NCBI RefSeq assembly: GCF_018350175.1
Contig: NC_058383.1
Coordinates: forward strand, 30,630,001 to 30,694,000
Direction: 5' to 3'
DNA from: Felis catus
Lineage: Eukaryota
Length of the DNA: 64,000 nt
The translations under genes were made by a program, and so were the position numbers. The first letter of the stretch is position 1, and every line of letters starts with the position of its first letter. Positions 50,466 to 63,239 of this stretch are shown piece by piece. A model generated the notes under the pieces. That model had not been told where the DNA came from, made no database searches, and saw only the letters and a program-made list of their open reading frames with translations.

Positions 50466-51890
50466 CTTTTAAAATGTAGTATAAAGGATTTTAAACTGAA
50501 TGTGGAAGTCTCCCTCCCTCCCAACTTGTGTTTCCCAGATTTAACCAGAGTTAATAGTTTTCTTTACGTCTTTGGAGAAGTTTCGTCCACCGTATGTGAA
50601 TATGTGTTAGCCTTTTAAAAATTGACATGTGACTTTTTCCTCCATGTGTTTACCTTTTTAACTTAATATATTAACGATCTTTCTGTTGCGTCAGCGTAGA
50701 TCTGCCTCTTTATTTACTTTTTATTTATTTTATTAGAATGAATTATAAAGCTGTTTCACTGAGATAGGGAAATTCTGAACTCTTACCCATCCCAACAACA
50801 TCGCTAAAATTAAACGCACACCAAACTTGGCATAGTCACAAGGAGAAATGGAACAGGTGACAGTTACAGTGGAGACTTAACCAAGTCTCTGAAAGTGACA
50901 CAGATCAGCAGGCCAAAAGCAAGGAGTCATGAATGGCACCGGAGATTCGAATCACACCTTGACCACGTTTGGTGGCAATGCGCGGAGCTCCATATTCCAC
51001 AGTTAGAGAATGCACATTCTTTCCAAGCTCACACGGGAGACTGAGAAAAACTGGCATCTATTCGGCTGTAAAGGAAATCTTGGTACTGCTAATTTCTTGT
51101 AGTTGGAACTTCTGAAACGGTTTTCTCTCTTGCCTCTATTTCTCTCCCGAGTCTGTTTCTTCCCATTCCTGCGTCACGCCTGCCTATTTTATGGCCCTCT
51201 AGCCTGAATTCCTCTCTGCATTTGGTCCTCCTTCTTAGCTGCAGTCACTTTGTAGAGATTCTTTTGCCTGCTTTTAAATTCATCACGGACACAGAATGTC
51301 GGGTATAGTTTTTGTCTGCTCGTGGCAAGGTTTTTCAGGTGCATTTTCGCCATCCCTGGGGAAGCTGGCCGCTGTTTTCTCTCATTGTTTTCCTTACGCA
51401 TAGTATTGAGTGTGTTCCTCAGGACAAACATGGTGCAGGAATTCTGTCGTTCACCCACTTTGCCTTTCTCAGTAACGCTTCACAACACGTGATACGGATG
51501 GTGTGCGCCTATCATCTGCTGGATCGCTTGTCTGACTCCCCTGTTGGGAGGGAAAGATTCGTGTCTCTTTGGCTCACGGCCTGCCCCGGTAATGAAATCG
51601 ATGTCTTACACATAGTACTCAATAAATATTTGTTGAATGCATTAGCACAGAGGGGCTCAGGAAACCAAACCTAACAAAAACAACCAAAACCAGATCCAGA
51701 ATGGCATTGGTCATTTCAAATCCTGTTCATTAAAGTATTAATACATTATGACAGGAAGTGGGAAAACCAGGAGTGTGAAGGAGGGTTCCCACTTACTTGA
51801 CAACTCTCTGTCCAAATCATCATCTCCATACTGAATCCTGTGTGCCTGGGGTAGGACGGAGTGAAACACACTTAATATTTAAGACATCGA

Positions 51891-52103
51891 GGGGTGCCCA
51901 GGTGGCTCAGTTGGCTAAGCGTTCAACTTCGGCTCAGGTCCTATCTCACAGTTTGTGAGTTCAAGCCCCACATCCAGCTCTGTACTGACAGCTCACAGTG
52001 TGGAGCCTGCTTCGGATTCTGTGTCTCCCTTTTCTCTCTGCCCCGCCCCTGCACGCCCTCTGTCTCTCTCTCAAAAATAAACGAACGTCAAAAAATTTTT
52101 AAA
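51891..52103 (+). mobile_element. Can-SINE about 560 bp upstream of the second exon
   Basis: ggggtgcccaggtggctcag...tctcaaaaataaacgaacg; flanked by aagacat. Confidence 0.9.
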
Positions 52104-52667
52104 AAGACATTGAGCCCGTGCCCTTTTTCACACTATTAGTAGGATATAAAGTACCTCTTCCCCTGTATGGGGCATGGGGGAGCGGGGTTTGGCCAAATGC
52201 ACAGGCCAGTTGATCTGTAAGAATTTTTCCGGTACAAGTGCTCACGCAGTCTGCAAGGCCACGCGTACGGTAAGAATAACTTTAAGTAGCAGTTGGTTTG
52301 GGACTAGCTTTCAAAGCATGCACACACAATAGGGGCACACGTGATGATCCATTGAGAGAAGACAGAAAAGCCACAACTGTTTTTCATCTGAATAAGAGAA
52401 ATTAAGCCTTACTAATATTTACTATTAGAATAACTCTGTATCATCTCCCAGTCAGCAACATTGGGGCGGACGGCCACTTAGACTCTGAATTTCCACAGTG
52501 CCCTGAGGGAAGCGGGCCAGAGGTCCCGCCTCACTTGTTGATTTGCTTCTAACATACCATTTGCGGTTTCACGCACCTGGTTGCGTGTATTTCTAGATCG
52601 TACTCTCTTGTGTCAGTAAATGCATGAACCGCCACGGCCGTTTCAGACGTGACCCTCACTCTTGCAG

Positions 52668-53090
52668 GGACGCCCTGGCGGAAGGAGCAGACCGCGGACT
52701 TGCAGCAGGTGTTGGCCCGCCTGGACAGCGACATCCCGCTGGTGCTCGTCAGTGGCAACCACGACTTGGGCAACGCCCCCACGCCCGAGACCGTGGCAGA
52801 GTTCCAGCGGACCTGGGGGGACGACTACTTCAGCTTCTGGGTCGGGGGCGTCCTGTGCCTCGTGCTCAACTCCCAGTTCTGGTACGATGCCTCCCGGTGC
52901 CCCGCCTTGAAGCAGGCGCAGGACCAGTGGCTGGACCAGCAGCTGAGCGTCGCGGGCCAGCGCGAGTGCCAGCACGCCGTTGTCTTCCAGCACATCCCGC
53001 TCTTCCTCCAGAGCATCGACGAGGACGATGACTACTTCAACCTCACCAAGTCTGTGCGCAGGGAGGTGGCTGACAAGCTCGTCCGAGCAG
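52668..53090 (+). CDS. CPPED1: CPPED1 internal coding exon (exon 3 equivalent) with GNHD and FQHIP motifs
   Basis: Translates to (G)TPWRKEQTADLQQVLARLDSDIPLVLVSGNHDLGN...VFQHIPLFLQSIDEDDDYFNLTKSVRREVADKLVRA(G). Acceptor CTTGCAG at 52661-52667; donor CAG|GTAGTG at 53091. 423 nt; joins the previous exon in frame (G+GG = Gly). Confidence 0.96.
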
Positions 53091-53199
53091 GTAGTGCCCT
53101 GGACCCCGGGGGCTGGTGGGGAGGGCCATCTAGAGAGGAGGCTTCCAGATCCTTCTTCCGCCTCACCCCCACCCCTACCCCCCGCAGCCTGGCAAAGCA

Positions 53200-53400
53200 G
53201 AGAGAGGATGGGGCTTTGGACAGAACTGGGTTCTGACCCCAGCTCCACCGCTCACTGGCCTTAGGGCCTTGGACAAGCTGCCTGGCCTTTCAGCCTTGGT
53301 GTCCTCATCGGTCAAGTGGGAGTAGCAGAAGGAGGTCTCTCATAGGGTGGGTGTGAGGATTAAAGGAGAAGGGGCCTGTAAAGCATTCCAGTAGCCCCTG
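53200..53400. mobile_element. MIR just downstream of the exon
   Basis: ctgggttctgaccccagctccacc..ccttggacaagctg..cctcatcggtcaagtggga..gtgaggattaaa. Confidence 0.7.
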
Positions 53401-56400
53401 GCCTACCGAGTAGTGAGGTTGTGGCAGCTGCTGGCAGCTGAGGTTGGGGGTCCTGCAGGTGTGGGGTTATTGGGGTTGGACGGGATCTGAGTGTGGCTGT
53501 ACTGACCCAGGGAGAAGGGATGATGCCAGCGTCATCTTCTCTCATACCTCTGTGAAGCACGAACTTGCCCAACGGCAGGTGATCTTCAAGAGCCAGGCTT
53601 TACCAGTGTTGGATGTAACCCCGGGAAGTCCTGGGACGTGGGTGTCCTGGAGCCTCATCACTTTTCCTAGAACAGGGACTAAACTCTCCCCCAGATCTAG
53701 GAGACAGGAATGTATTTGGTCAGATTTAACCTGCTATAAATGTTTGGCAAATCACATATTTAACACATGCGTGTGCACGCACACACACACCGTGAAGCCC
53801 TCGGACGGCCTACTGGTCCACACACTCCCTTCTCTCCTCCCCGCAGCACCTGTAGTGTTTCTGTCCTGTGAAATGGGTCGTCCCAAGCCGATTCCCTGCA
53901 TGACCAGTGACTTGGCAGGATTCCAGTTTTGACAACTGTTGGGTCTCTTGTTTTGGTTTTAATGCCTCCTTTCAGATCTTTCCAGAGTGTACTTCGTCAA
54001 ATGCTTCTAAAATTTGAATACATCACTTGTTTGTTAGGAGGTAGGGAGAGGGAGGTGGCGGCCTGACCCCATAGCAAACGTTCATTTAAAAAAACAAAAT
54101 TTCTTATACTCTTCTTTTCACCTTCGAGCATTTAAATGTGTTCGCATTTAGTTGTTAAATGTACAATAGGCCCTTCTGTATTTTTGAGACATTTTACAAA
54201 AGGCTTGCATAATTGGAGACATTATCCAACTGTTCCATGGAGATGAAGTTGGAAAACTTCTATTGAGGCCTTTGAAATTTCATGCCATGCTTGAGTTGGT
54301 GCAGAAAACCATTTTGATGACAAGGAAATGAAGTGTCAAGATGGCATCAGCACCACCGTGGAGACTATTTTGTAACAGAGAATAATGTCAGAGAGAACAT
54401 TTAATGCCAGAGAAGTGATTCCTTTCATATCAAATGTTAAATGATGTAAATGCCATCCTCGTGGCTGCTCTTTGTTCCCTGTTCCTGTCAACCACGTTCT
54501 TGAGTGGCGTGTGCACGTGCGGCCCACCGGCACCCCCCGATGTTGAGACCTGTAGGCATTTATAAAGAGAGAGTCCACGGCTCTAACCAGGCAGCCTCCG
54601 GGGAGGCCTCCTGCCCACCCACCAGGAGCCCTGGAAGGCGGCGGGGTACTTGGGATGCGCCAGCCACCTCCCCCTCGGGCCCGCGGCCCTGCGAGCTCTC
54701 AGCACACCCACAGCTGGTCCGGGTCTTGGAGGTGGGCTCCGCTTGCCCCGGCTCACAAGGGTGGGGGTCTACCACCAGAATGCCCGTCGATTGATGCAAA
54801 GCCCGGCTGAAACCCTCCCCTCCGCCCTGACGTCACAGTCTCTTCCCGTGGGCAGAACGACATGGGAAGCCACGTTCCAGTCAGGAGCTCGCTTGCTAAG
54901 CGTGAGCCTGAGCAGAGGAACTAGTCTTACTCCAGCCTTAATGGTGTCAGGCTCTGGAACGCTGCCGGGTCCATCTCCGGTAGGGCCACCCGGCCCCGAA
55001 GACTCCAGTATTTCCAGTGCCTTAACATCTCTCTAGACTGTCCACCCCTTGAGGCCACCATCTGGGCCGTAGTGGCAGCTCTCCAGCCCCCCACCCTTCT
55101 GGCCCCCCTCAGCCCCGGGGCAAAGCCAGCTCCCCACTCTTCCCCGTTGTCTCTGACTCTCCCGTTTCACCTGGCCAGCTACTCCCCTTCAGCACCTTCT
55201 GCGTGAGGTGCCCCCAGCCCTGCCCTGGGTTCTTCCTCAGCTCTCCTTGATCCCAGCAGACTCGTTTGTGTTGACTTATCTCAGTCACCCGCTAGACTCG
55301 GCTCCTTGAGTGTGGGGGTGCTCTTGTGCTCATCTCTGCATTCAGGACGCCTGGCTCAGGTCAGTTCCTAGTCAGTGCCTCATCCGTGTTTGTAGAGTGA
55401 ACGAGGCACTGACACAGCCCATTTATTTGGTTACCACCCACTGTATGCCGGCCACATACCAGGGCCGTGTTGTCGTGGAGCTCCTGGGCATAGAGCTTTT
55501 CAAGGTGCGTTCCAGGGATCGAGCATACGTCCAGGCCTTTCGTTTCTGCGTGAAGTCCTCCCTTGATGCTGGCTTTCCAGGTTCATAGAGCGGCCAATTT
55601 CTCTCTTCCCACGTGGCCCCCCACTGTCCACACCAGGCACCTTCACGTATGAGACGGAGTCCTGTTGGCCACTGGCATTAGGAACTTCACCTAAGCCTGC
55701 TTAACCAGGGAAAAGCAGAGAGACAGGTGTCCTTCCTGCTGTCGCCTGTCAGTTTTAGTGGCTTACCACGCCTGGCCCTTTCCTTTGTGGCCTTCCACAC
55801 ACACAGCAAACCAAGGGCAATGTCAAGAAGAGATCCAGGCCAGATGTGGACCCAGCTCGGTGGCAGGCTGAGTGATCTGCTTAGGGTGAAAGCATGAGGA
55901 GGTTGGCTCTCCTAGGGAATGTGTGCACCCATGACTCACGATCCCAGAGATCGCTCAGCTGACAGCAGTGTAATTCTTGGACTCCTTTGGGAAAGCCAGA
56001 GTTCAAGTGACATTTCATAAGATTCATTAACTTCAAGACCGTGATCAAATTGGGGGTGATGCTGCTGTTTAATGCTGCCTCCAGCTCTTCCCCCACAGCA
56101 ATATGATTCCCTCGTGCTATTCCAGTCTCCTTTATCTCCCTGAGTTAAAATGCCGGTACTCAAAAATATGTCAAAAGCTCATCAGAATATCAGGGTAGCT
56201 TTTAATTATGATAATTGTGTTGTTATAAAATATCCTTTTAAAGAGCACATCCCTCCTCAAACCACCATGGAGGTAAAACCCAGCTTCCTTCCAGCAAGCT
56301 TAATGAATAATTCTGAATCATTGTGTGGGATGAATAAATGATTTAATAACGAACATCAACAATCATCTCTCATTGTTGCATTAATTTTTCAAACGGGATG

Positions 56401-57492
56401 AGGTAAATGAGGAGGAGGGGTGTTACTATACAATGGGCCACCGTGTGTGTTGGGATGCGTTCTATGAATCCAAGCCTGCGAGCCTCCCCGCTCAGGTTTC
56501 CCTAGAAACGGATGCATTCTGTTTCTCCTTTTGAAGCTCAGTGAAAAACCTTCTTTGTGTGGTACAAAAGCGTCGTCAACAGCCAGCGCAAATAAACAGT
56601 TATCAGGGCAGGACAGACGCACAGATGGGGAGCTGCACCCGTTATTTTCGGTCTTCCTTTGTACTGCCTGAGGATAATCAATTTCATCACATCCACGGGA
56701 TGTAGAAATTGGTTTTCCCCTTAATTCACCTGATACCTGGTTGAGTTGCAAAGACAGATAGTAGATAATGAAATCGTGGTTGAACGCAGCCACTGTCTCT
56801 GTCCCTCATGCCTTTTTCAGCAAAAGGTTAATTTGTGACCTAGTTAATACGGATTCCAATTTAAGAACTCAATCTTAAAAAACAAAAGTCTGGCTCTTTT
56901 AACTGACCTCGTCTCCCTTGATGTCTTGATACCTTTTTTTTTTTTTTCCATTCTCAACATAGAGATGAGAACTGTGTAGTAGGGAGCCCAGAGCGAATTT
57001 GGCAATTACGAAACATTCCAGTAAGTTGATCTTTCCTGCAAAAGTTAATGAGTAATTTCACAGAAATAGTTTCATCTCCGGTATTTATTCCTTTTAAAAA
57101 AAAAAACTGGAGAGAGAAAGAGATCTTAGCCCATAATTATCATTTGAAAATTTCAAAGTTTGAAAGAACAAAATGGTCGGGTTTCCAGGGTCCACTTTGT
57201 AGGAAAAATAAAACGTCTGATTCTACTCTGATGTCCTTCTGAGTTGTATTGAGATTATTTGTTTATGTCCTGATTCCTCCAAAAATGGAATCCCAGCTTT
57301 ATTCACCTCTGTAAGCCCAGCCTCTGGCCAAAACTGTCATGTGGTTGCCCTGTCAATAAACAAATATTGGCTAAGTGGCATGGAATTAGATTTGATTCAC
57401 ATACTTATCAGCAGAATCATGGATAATGTCGATACTACCTGTGGATCAGTGTTGGCGAACTGCGCTTTGGATGGGAAATGTATCACGTAAAG

Positions 57493-57695
57493 CGGGGTCT
57501 CGGTGAACTTCTTCTGCCAAGGGGCACACAGTAAACACTTTGGGCTGTGGTCTCCGTGGCAACCGCAGAGCTCTGCCTTTGTAGCACCGAAGCAGTAACA
57601 GACATACATAAGCAAATGAGCGTGGCCGTGTTCCAGCACAACTCTACTTACAAAAGCCAGGTGTGAGCTGGTGGGTCGTACTTTTCCCCGCCGTT
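57493..57695. mobile_element. MER58-like hAT-Charlie MITE
   Basis: cagtaaacactttgggct..ctctgcctttgtagc..aaatgagcgtggccgtgttccag..tacttacaaaagccagg. Confidence 0.7.
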
Positions 57696-58094
57696 GGCTC
57701 AGACAAATCTTCCTGCCCTGCCCTCAGACCGTGTCCACACCGTGCGTGCGTCTAATTCCAGCATGCTTCTGGTGACCCCACCGCGGCAGCTGCCTGACCC
57801 GCCGAGGGGTCCGCCCAGAGCGAGCCTCAGGTTCCTCCATGGAGGACACACCCGGGTGAGGCATGCCCCGTTGGAGGTCCCTGTGGGAGGTGATGTGGGG
57901 GCACTTAAGTCCAACGCTTGGGTGTTTATTTTAACATGTGTTTGAAAAAATACATAAGTAGCTCTTCAAGTTAAAAATCGTCAGTAGTAGCACCAGTAGC
58001 ATGCGGGTAGGGCCGAACTCGTGGAGGTGGTGTAGGGAGAGCAGGTGCGCACCAGCGGGAGCGATGGGGCCATATCACAGCACAGGGCGGCAGA

Positions 58095-58290
58095 CAAGCT
58101 TGGGTTTCAAACAGACCCGGATTCAGATCCTTTGGTGGCACTCCCCAGCTGCATGGCCTCACATGAGCTGCCCAACATCCTTCTGCCTTAGTTTTCTCAC
58201 TTGTCAAATGGGGGCTCTGGTCCCAGCCTCATAGGGTTGGTGGGAGCACCAGATTGAAGTGATGTGGGGACACAGTATGTGCTCCACGAA
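58095..58290. mobile_element. MIR
   Basis: cagacccggattcagatcc..ctgccttagttttctcacttgtcaaatgggg. Confidence 0.65.
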
Positions 58291-58867
58291 GGGCTGTGTG
58301 TCATGAGATGACCCTGGACCCCACCGCGAGCCCACAGCTGGCAAATTTGCTTGACGCAGGGTCTGGCTTTATCCATAGGCGGTGCCTCTTGCCCTGGGAT
58401 GCCGGCGGGAGGGGCAGGGTCTCCTCGAGAGGGCGTGTGAGAGAATCTCCCCTCGAGGAGAGGCACGTGCCAACGTGACTTTGTAAGTGGCGAAAGAAAG
58501 CAATTAGCAACTCTTCTTCTAATACAAACTACGGGAAGTGAAGCTAGACAGAAAGTTTCTTAGCTCCTGGGATGTGCGGGAAGATGGACCGTGTCTCAAG
58601 GAGTGTGAGATTTTTCAGTGTGGGTAAGGAATACTTGATATGTTTGCCTTTATCAGAGGCAGGGAAGCCCTCAACTAGATGGAAAAATTCCTTTGGAATT
58701 TAGTGACAGAATTTGACTCCTCATTACTTTTTCTAAACCAGTTGATGCGTTGCTAAAGACACCTGTGAATACACGATGTCATAGGCAGGTTTTTCTGAAT
58801 CTAGCAAATGTGTCCACAAGACAATGGCAGCCATCTCACAATGCCCTTTGTTTAAAATGCATTTTAA

Positions 58868-59062
58868 GTGGCGCCTGGGTGGCTCAATCGTTTGAGCGTC
58901 CCGCTTTGGCTCAGGTCATGGTTTCACGGTTCGTGAGTTTGAGCCCCGCGTCCGGCTCTGTGCTGGTAGCACGGAGCTGCTTTGGATTCTCTGTCTCCCT
59001 CCCTCCCTCTCTCTTTCTCTCTCAAAAATAAACATTTACAAAATTAAAAAAAATAAAATAAA
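58868..59062 (+). mobile_element. Can-SINE
   Basis: gtggcgcctgggtggctcaatcg...A-rich tail; flanked by aaaatg(c/t)attttaa. Confidence 0.9.
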
Positions 59063-59110
59063 ATGTATTTTAAAAAACGATCCTAGTGGTTGTTTTCTTA
59101 AACAACTCTT

Positions 59111-59310
59111 GGGGTACCTGGGTGTCTCAGTCGGTTTAAGTTTAAGTGTATGACTTTGGCTCAGGTCATGATCTCACAGTTCGTGAGTTTGAGCCCCACG
59201 TCCGTGCCAACGGTTCAGGGCCTGGAGCCTGCTTCAAATTCTGTCTGTCTCGCTCTTTGCCCCTCCCCCCACTGGCACTTTCTCTCTCAAAAATGAATGA
59301 ACATTTTTTT
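59111..59310 (+). mobile_element. Can-SINE
   Basis: ggggtacctgggtgtctcagtcgg...tctcaaaaatgaatgaac. Confidence 0.9.
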
Positions 59311-59525
59311 TTAAATTTTTTTTTAATGTTTGTTTATTTTTGAGATGGAGAGAAACAGAGCATGAACGGGGGAGGGTCAGAGAGAGGGAGACACAGAATC
59401 GGAAGCAGGCTCCAGGCTCTGAGCTGTCAGCACAGAGCCCGATGCGGGGCTCGAACTCACGAACCGTGAGTTCGTGACCTGAGCCGAAGTCAGACGCTCA
59501 ACCGACTGAGCCACCCAGGCGCCCC
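59311..59525 (-). mobile_element. Can-SINE inserted into the tail of the preceding SINE
   Basis: TSD aatgaacatttttt at 59296-59309 and 59527-59540. Confidence 0.93.
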
Positions 59526-60952
59526 AAATGAACATTTTTTAAAAAGTTTCACCAGCTCTCAAGTGAGAACGCATCACCTATCCTTTTTTCAGCATCGGTA
59601 GAATCCAGAGTTTCTGGGGGCCTAGCAGCTTGAGGAATTTTACCCTCTTTAAGTTATATTTGGTCTTGAATTCATTTTCCCAGGTTGGATCTGTTTTCTG
59701 TTTTGATCAGTGCACCCTAAACCATCATGCTTTAGTCACTGGATGTCTGCACGTCGTTCACGCTAAACCTAGATAAGAGCCCAACTGCCGAAGCTGCATC
59801 TGGTGCCACGGGATGGGTTTCGTTTCTCACTGTGGAGGTATCCTTAACAGTTGGGCTAATTAAAGTCGAAATCAAGTCCTGACTGTAAATATTTATAAAT
59901 TGAGAATCTGGCGTGTGTAACTGTGTGCTGGTTTCCAGAGCTAAGTCAACATTTACTCATTCAACAAGTAGCAGGGGCCCGGGGCTAGGCACCGTGGAGG
60001 GTAATGAACATGACAGACCGCGGATCCTTCTGCGGCATGGTGGGTCCCTCTCAGGCTAAAAATGATAAAATCCTATCGAAGAACCCCATCCGTCGTGGCC
60101 TTTCAGAAACGAGGCACAAGTGCATGGGAAGCAGCAGCGACTGTTTAAGTTTATGAAATCAAAACACTGTCTCTTCTCTTTTTAGGTCATTTAAAAAAAA
60201 AATAGCAATTAATGTCATTTTCCCACGAGCAGTGGGATTCCTTTGTGAAACTGAAATATCCCTAGTTTAGCTAAACACTCTGACTTCCCATACTGGTTCT
60301 GGGAAGGTACTTTGTAGGTACTGGACTCACTTTCCTTTAAGAGGTATTTGCCCCCACCGTGGCCAACAATATAAGTGAACATTTAGAATACTGTTATTTA
60401 AAATAAGCTAGAGATTGCTTTGTTTTTGTTTTTGTGTTCTCATTTTACTTAACAAAAACATTTGCATGTTGATGATTGATTTAGAGGTGAAAGAATGGCA
60501 CCCCTTTGGTTAACAACGCGGAGGACCCTGTGACCTGTCCTTAGTACAGGTGGGCGAGCTGAGCACACACAGAGGCTGTCTGGCTTCTGAGTCATCTTTA
60601 AATTTAAATTACAGACACATGAGAGGAAGGAGAGGCCCTTCTCTCTGGTGTTTGTCTTACACAGAGCACTACCCTGTGCCGCACTGGGAGCCTCGGAAAG
60701 GAGCTCCCTGCAGTAACGTTGCCCAGGTGGGAGGGGGCATGTCCAGGGCAGGTGCGATGCTACCTTAGCCACGAACCTCCTGCTGGGTCACCCTGCCTGG
60801 GTGCGGCCTTGCGGCCTGTGCTTGTGTCTCTCTTGGGGGGCTGGAGTCTCGCTCCCTCCCAGACGCCAGTGAAGACACCTAGTAGAGCAGCTTTTCTGCT
60901 GAGAAAGGGAGAGGATGAACAAGCTTCCTGAGAGCCATGGGTCACGTTCCAT

Positions 60953-61161
60953 CTTTTTTCTTTTTTTTAATCTTTATTTTATTTTTGAGAGAGAGCATGA
61001 GCAGGGGAAGGGCAGACAGACAGGGAGACACAAAATCGGAAGCAGGTTCCAGGCTTGGAGCTGTCAGCACAGAGCCCAGTGCAGGGCTTGAACCCACGAA
61101 CGGTGAGATCGTGACCTGAGCCGAAGTCGGACGCTTAACCGACTGAGCCACCCAGGCGCCC
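60953..61161 (-). mobile_element. Can-SINE with TSD
   Basis: TSD tgggtcacgttc at 60938-60949 and 61162-61173. Confidence 0.93.
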
Positions 61162-62398
61162 TGGGTCACGTTCAGTTTTACACTGATGGTATCGTCAGTG
61201 GCCATGCTCATTGTCACCACAGCCCGCACAATAGCCCCGCAAGGTGTCCGTGTTCTGTCTCTGCCACTGACGGGCAGACTTGAGTCCAGGAGGTGGAATC
61301 ACCTGTCCCGGTCACAGAGCTGTGAAGCAGGTAGTACTATGTCAGGTTTTTGTGGGCATCAGATAAGATAATCCAGTTCCCTGACACAGTGTCTGGCTCC
61401 CGGCGGGTGCTCAGTCACAAAAGTGCCGTTGGTGTTATCCGTCTTACTGCCGTTAACATCATTACCCTGAGGATACTGTGAGTGACTTCACGTTCCGTAA
61501 AGAGAAGCGTAGGGAATGTATCTTCTCCTTTCCACAAGGTCACACCCCTGCCGACTGCTGGCTTGCTGGGGTATTGCCAGAGTCGGGACCCCAGACTTTC
61601 TAACCATGTTAGGCACCGTGCTACTCCTCTGCCCACCACACTGGAGTCCCATGTCCCCGCGACAGCCCCTGATGTGCCACCAGTGGGTGCTAGAAACCGC
61701 AGGGTAAACCAACCTTCTTAGTACTAGTTTTATTTCATAAGCCATTTACAGCACAATTAACATTACATTCGTGTCATAGTAATTACCACTCACTAAATAT
61801 TACAGCACAGTTCTATGAGTGTGCGTCAACAGTACAGGTCCCGCTGCTCTGATTTTATAGACAAGAAAAGAGAGAGACACAGCTGGGAAGTGGCCGAGCT
61901 GGGCACCAGCCCCAGCGCTCTGACCTCTTAGCCATGCTGCTGTCGGCGTAAGGAGCAGAGTGCGCATCGGGCACAGGTGTTGACGGCAAGAAAGCAAGGC
62001 GCCAGGCCAGCTTGTGCTGGGGCCTGCCCACCTGCTCACCCCCACTTCCACTCTGCACCTGCCCTTCTGCAGGGGCTAACCCAGGAAGGAGCTGGTCCGC
62101 CTCAACAGGGAGGCTTGGAGTCGCACCGTCTGAGGGGTCCGTGGAGCGAGGTTCCGGGGAGTCCATCCCGTGTGTGAGATGCCTCTCCGGCCTCGGCAAG
62201 CAGCGGTGTTCTTCTAGAGTGAGCTTCTCAGCTCGTCCTTTGACCTTGAGCATGTGAATTATGCCTTCTGCAGACAAAACAGGGAGGGGTCCGTGCCACC
62301 TCTGTACCCTGGCTGGCTCCCCTGGGATACAAGTCCAGGGAGGCTCTTAGCTGAGGATCATGGCTACCAGAAAAAGCTCACTTAAAAAATGGGGACGG

Positions 62399-62615
62399 TA
62401 GGTGCCTGGGTGGCTCAGTCAGTTAGGCATCTGACTTGATTTTAGCTCAGGTCATGATCTCATGGTTGTGAGATGGAGCCCCGAGTTGGGCTCCACACTG
62501 AGTGTAGAATCTGCTTGGGGTTCTCTCTCTGTCTCTCTCTCTTTCCCTCTGCCCCTCCCTACTTCGTGCACGTATGTATTCTCTCTCAAAATAAGTAAGC
62601 AGACTTAAAAAATTG
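62399..62615 (+). mobile_element. Can-SINE (older subfamily)
   Basis: ggtgcctgggtggctcagtcagttaggcatctgac...tctcaaaataagtaagc. Confidence 0.88.
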
Positions 62616-63239
62616 TTAAAAATGTGGGGAACGTAGGTCTTAGAAAATTGTGATGACATAAAGATAAAGGTTGATTTGAGACATTATTTTGCAAAAAGAG
62701 ACAAATCATGGCAATCCATTTTACTTTAGCTTGTGTTTGCTAAACTGTTGTTTGTTGTTGCAAACATGCACCAACTCTTGGAATGCATAAGGAATGAATC
62801 AAGTGTAGACTTGGTTTCCTTGGTCTGAATAGACTAAAATAATTGTTCAACAGCATCCTGCTTTTGACAGCAGAGGGTCCTTTTTGCATGAGAGAAAAAT
62901 AATTACAGGTTTCATCAGTTTTCCTAAGGGTCTGATTCTGAATCCTCAGTAATCTGATTATTGCCCTTCTCAGGAACTCCCGTGTGTACATGTGTGTGTG
63001 TTTCTTCTGCCACAGCCTTACGTGTTGATGACTTCCCCTCTCCCGATTCTGGCAGTTCCCCGAGTGTCACTTTCATTGGCTTTATGAAGTCCCCTGTCTT
63101 TAGTATGATTTGTGGTTCAACACAGAGGTGCCTCTGCCTGGGTGCACAGCTTGGGCATTGTTTGTTTTGTTTTCGTAGGGGCTTAGTTCATAAACAGTCT
63201 ATTCATTAGCGTTTTCTTGTTATTAAAAAATTCTTTCTT

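Larger units (their letters stand above)
3054..52667 (+). other. CPPED1: CPPED1 intron, 49,614 bp, GT-AG
   Basis: GT at 3054 and AG at 52666-52667. The flanking exons join into a contiguous CPPED1 sequence with no missing segment. Confidence 0.9.

Noticed and set aside
53091..53236. In-frame read-through past the second exon's donor as an alternative C-terminus
   Set aside because: It runs into a MIR, lacks the GHxH motif, and I saw no nearby polyadenylation signal.
52624..53248. Overlapping 201-aa antisense ORF and 135-aa alternative-frame ORF
   Set aside because: Expected shadows of a GC3-rich coding exon; no independent support.
3531..62659. Recurrent ORFs of the MAQSVKR..SAQVMIS..GSVLTAQSLEPASDSVSP type
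   Set aside because: These are translations of Can-SINE copies, not a gene family.
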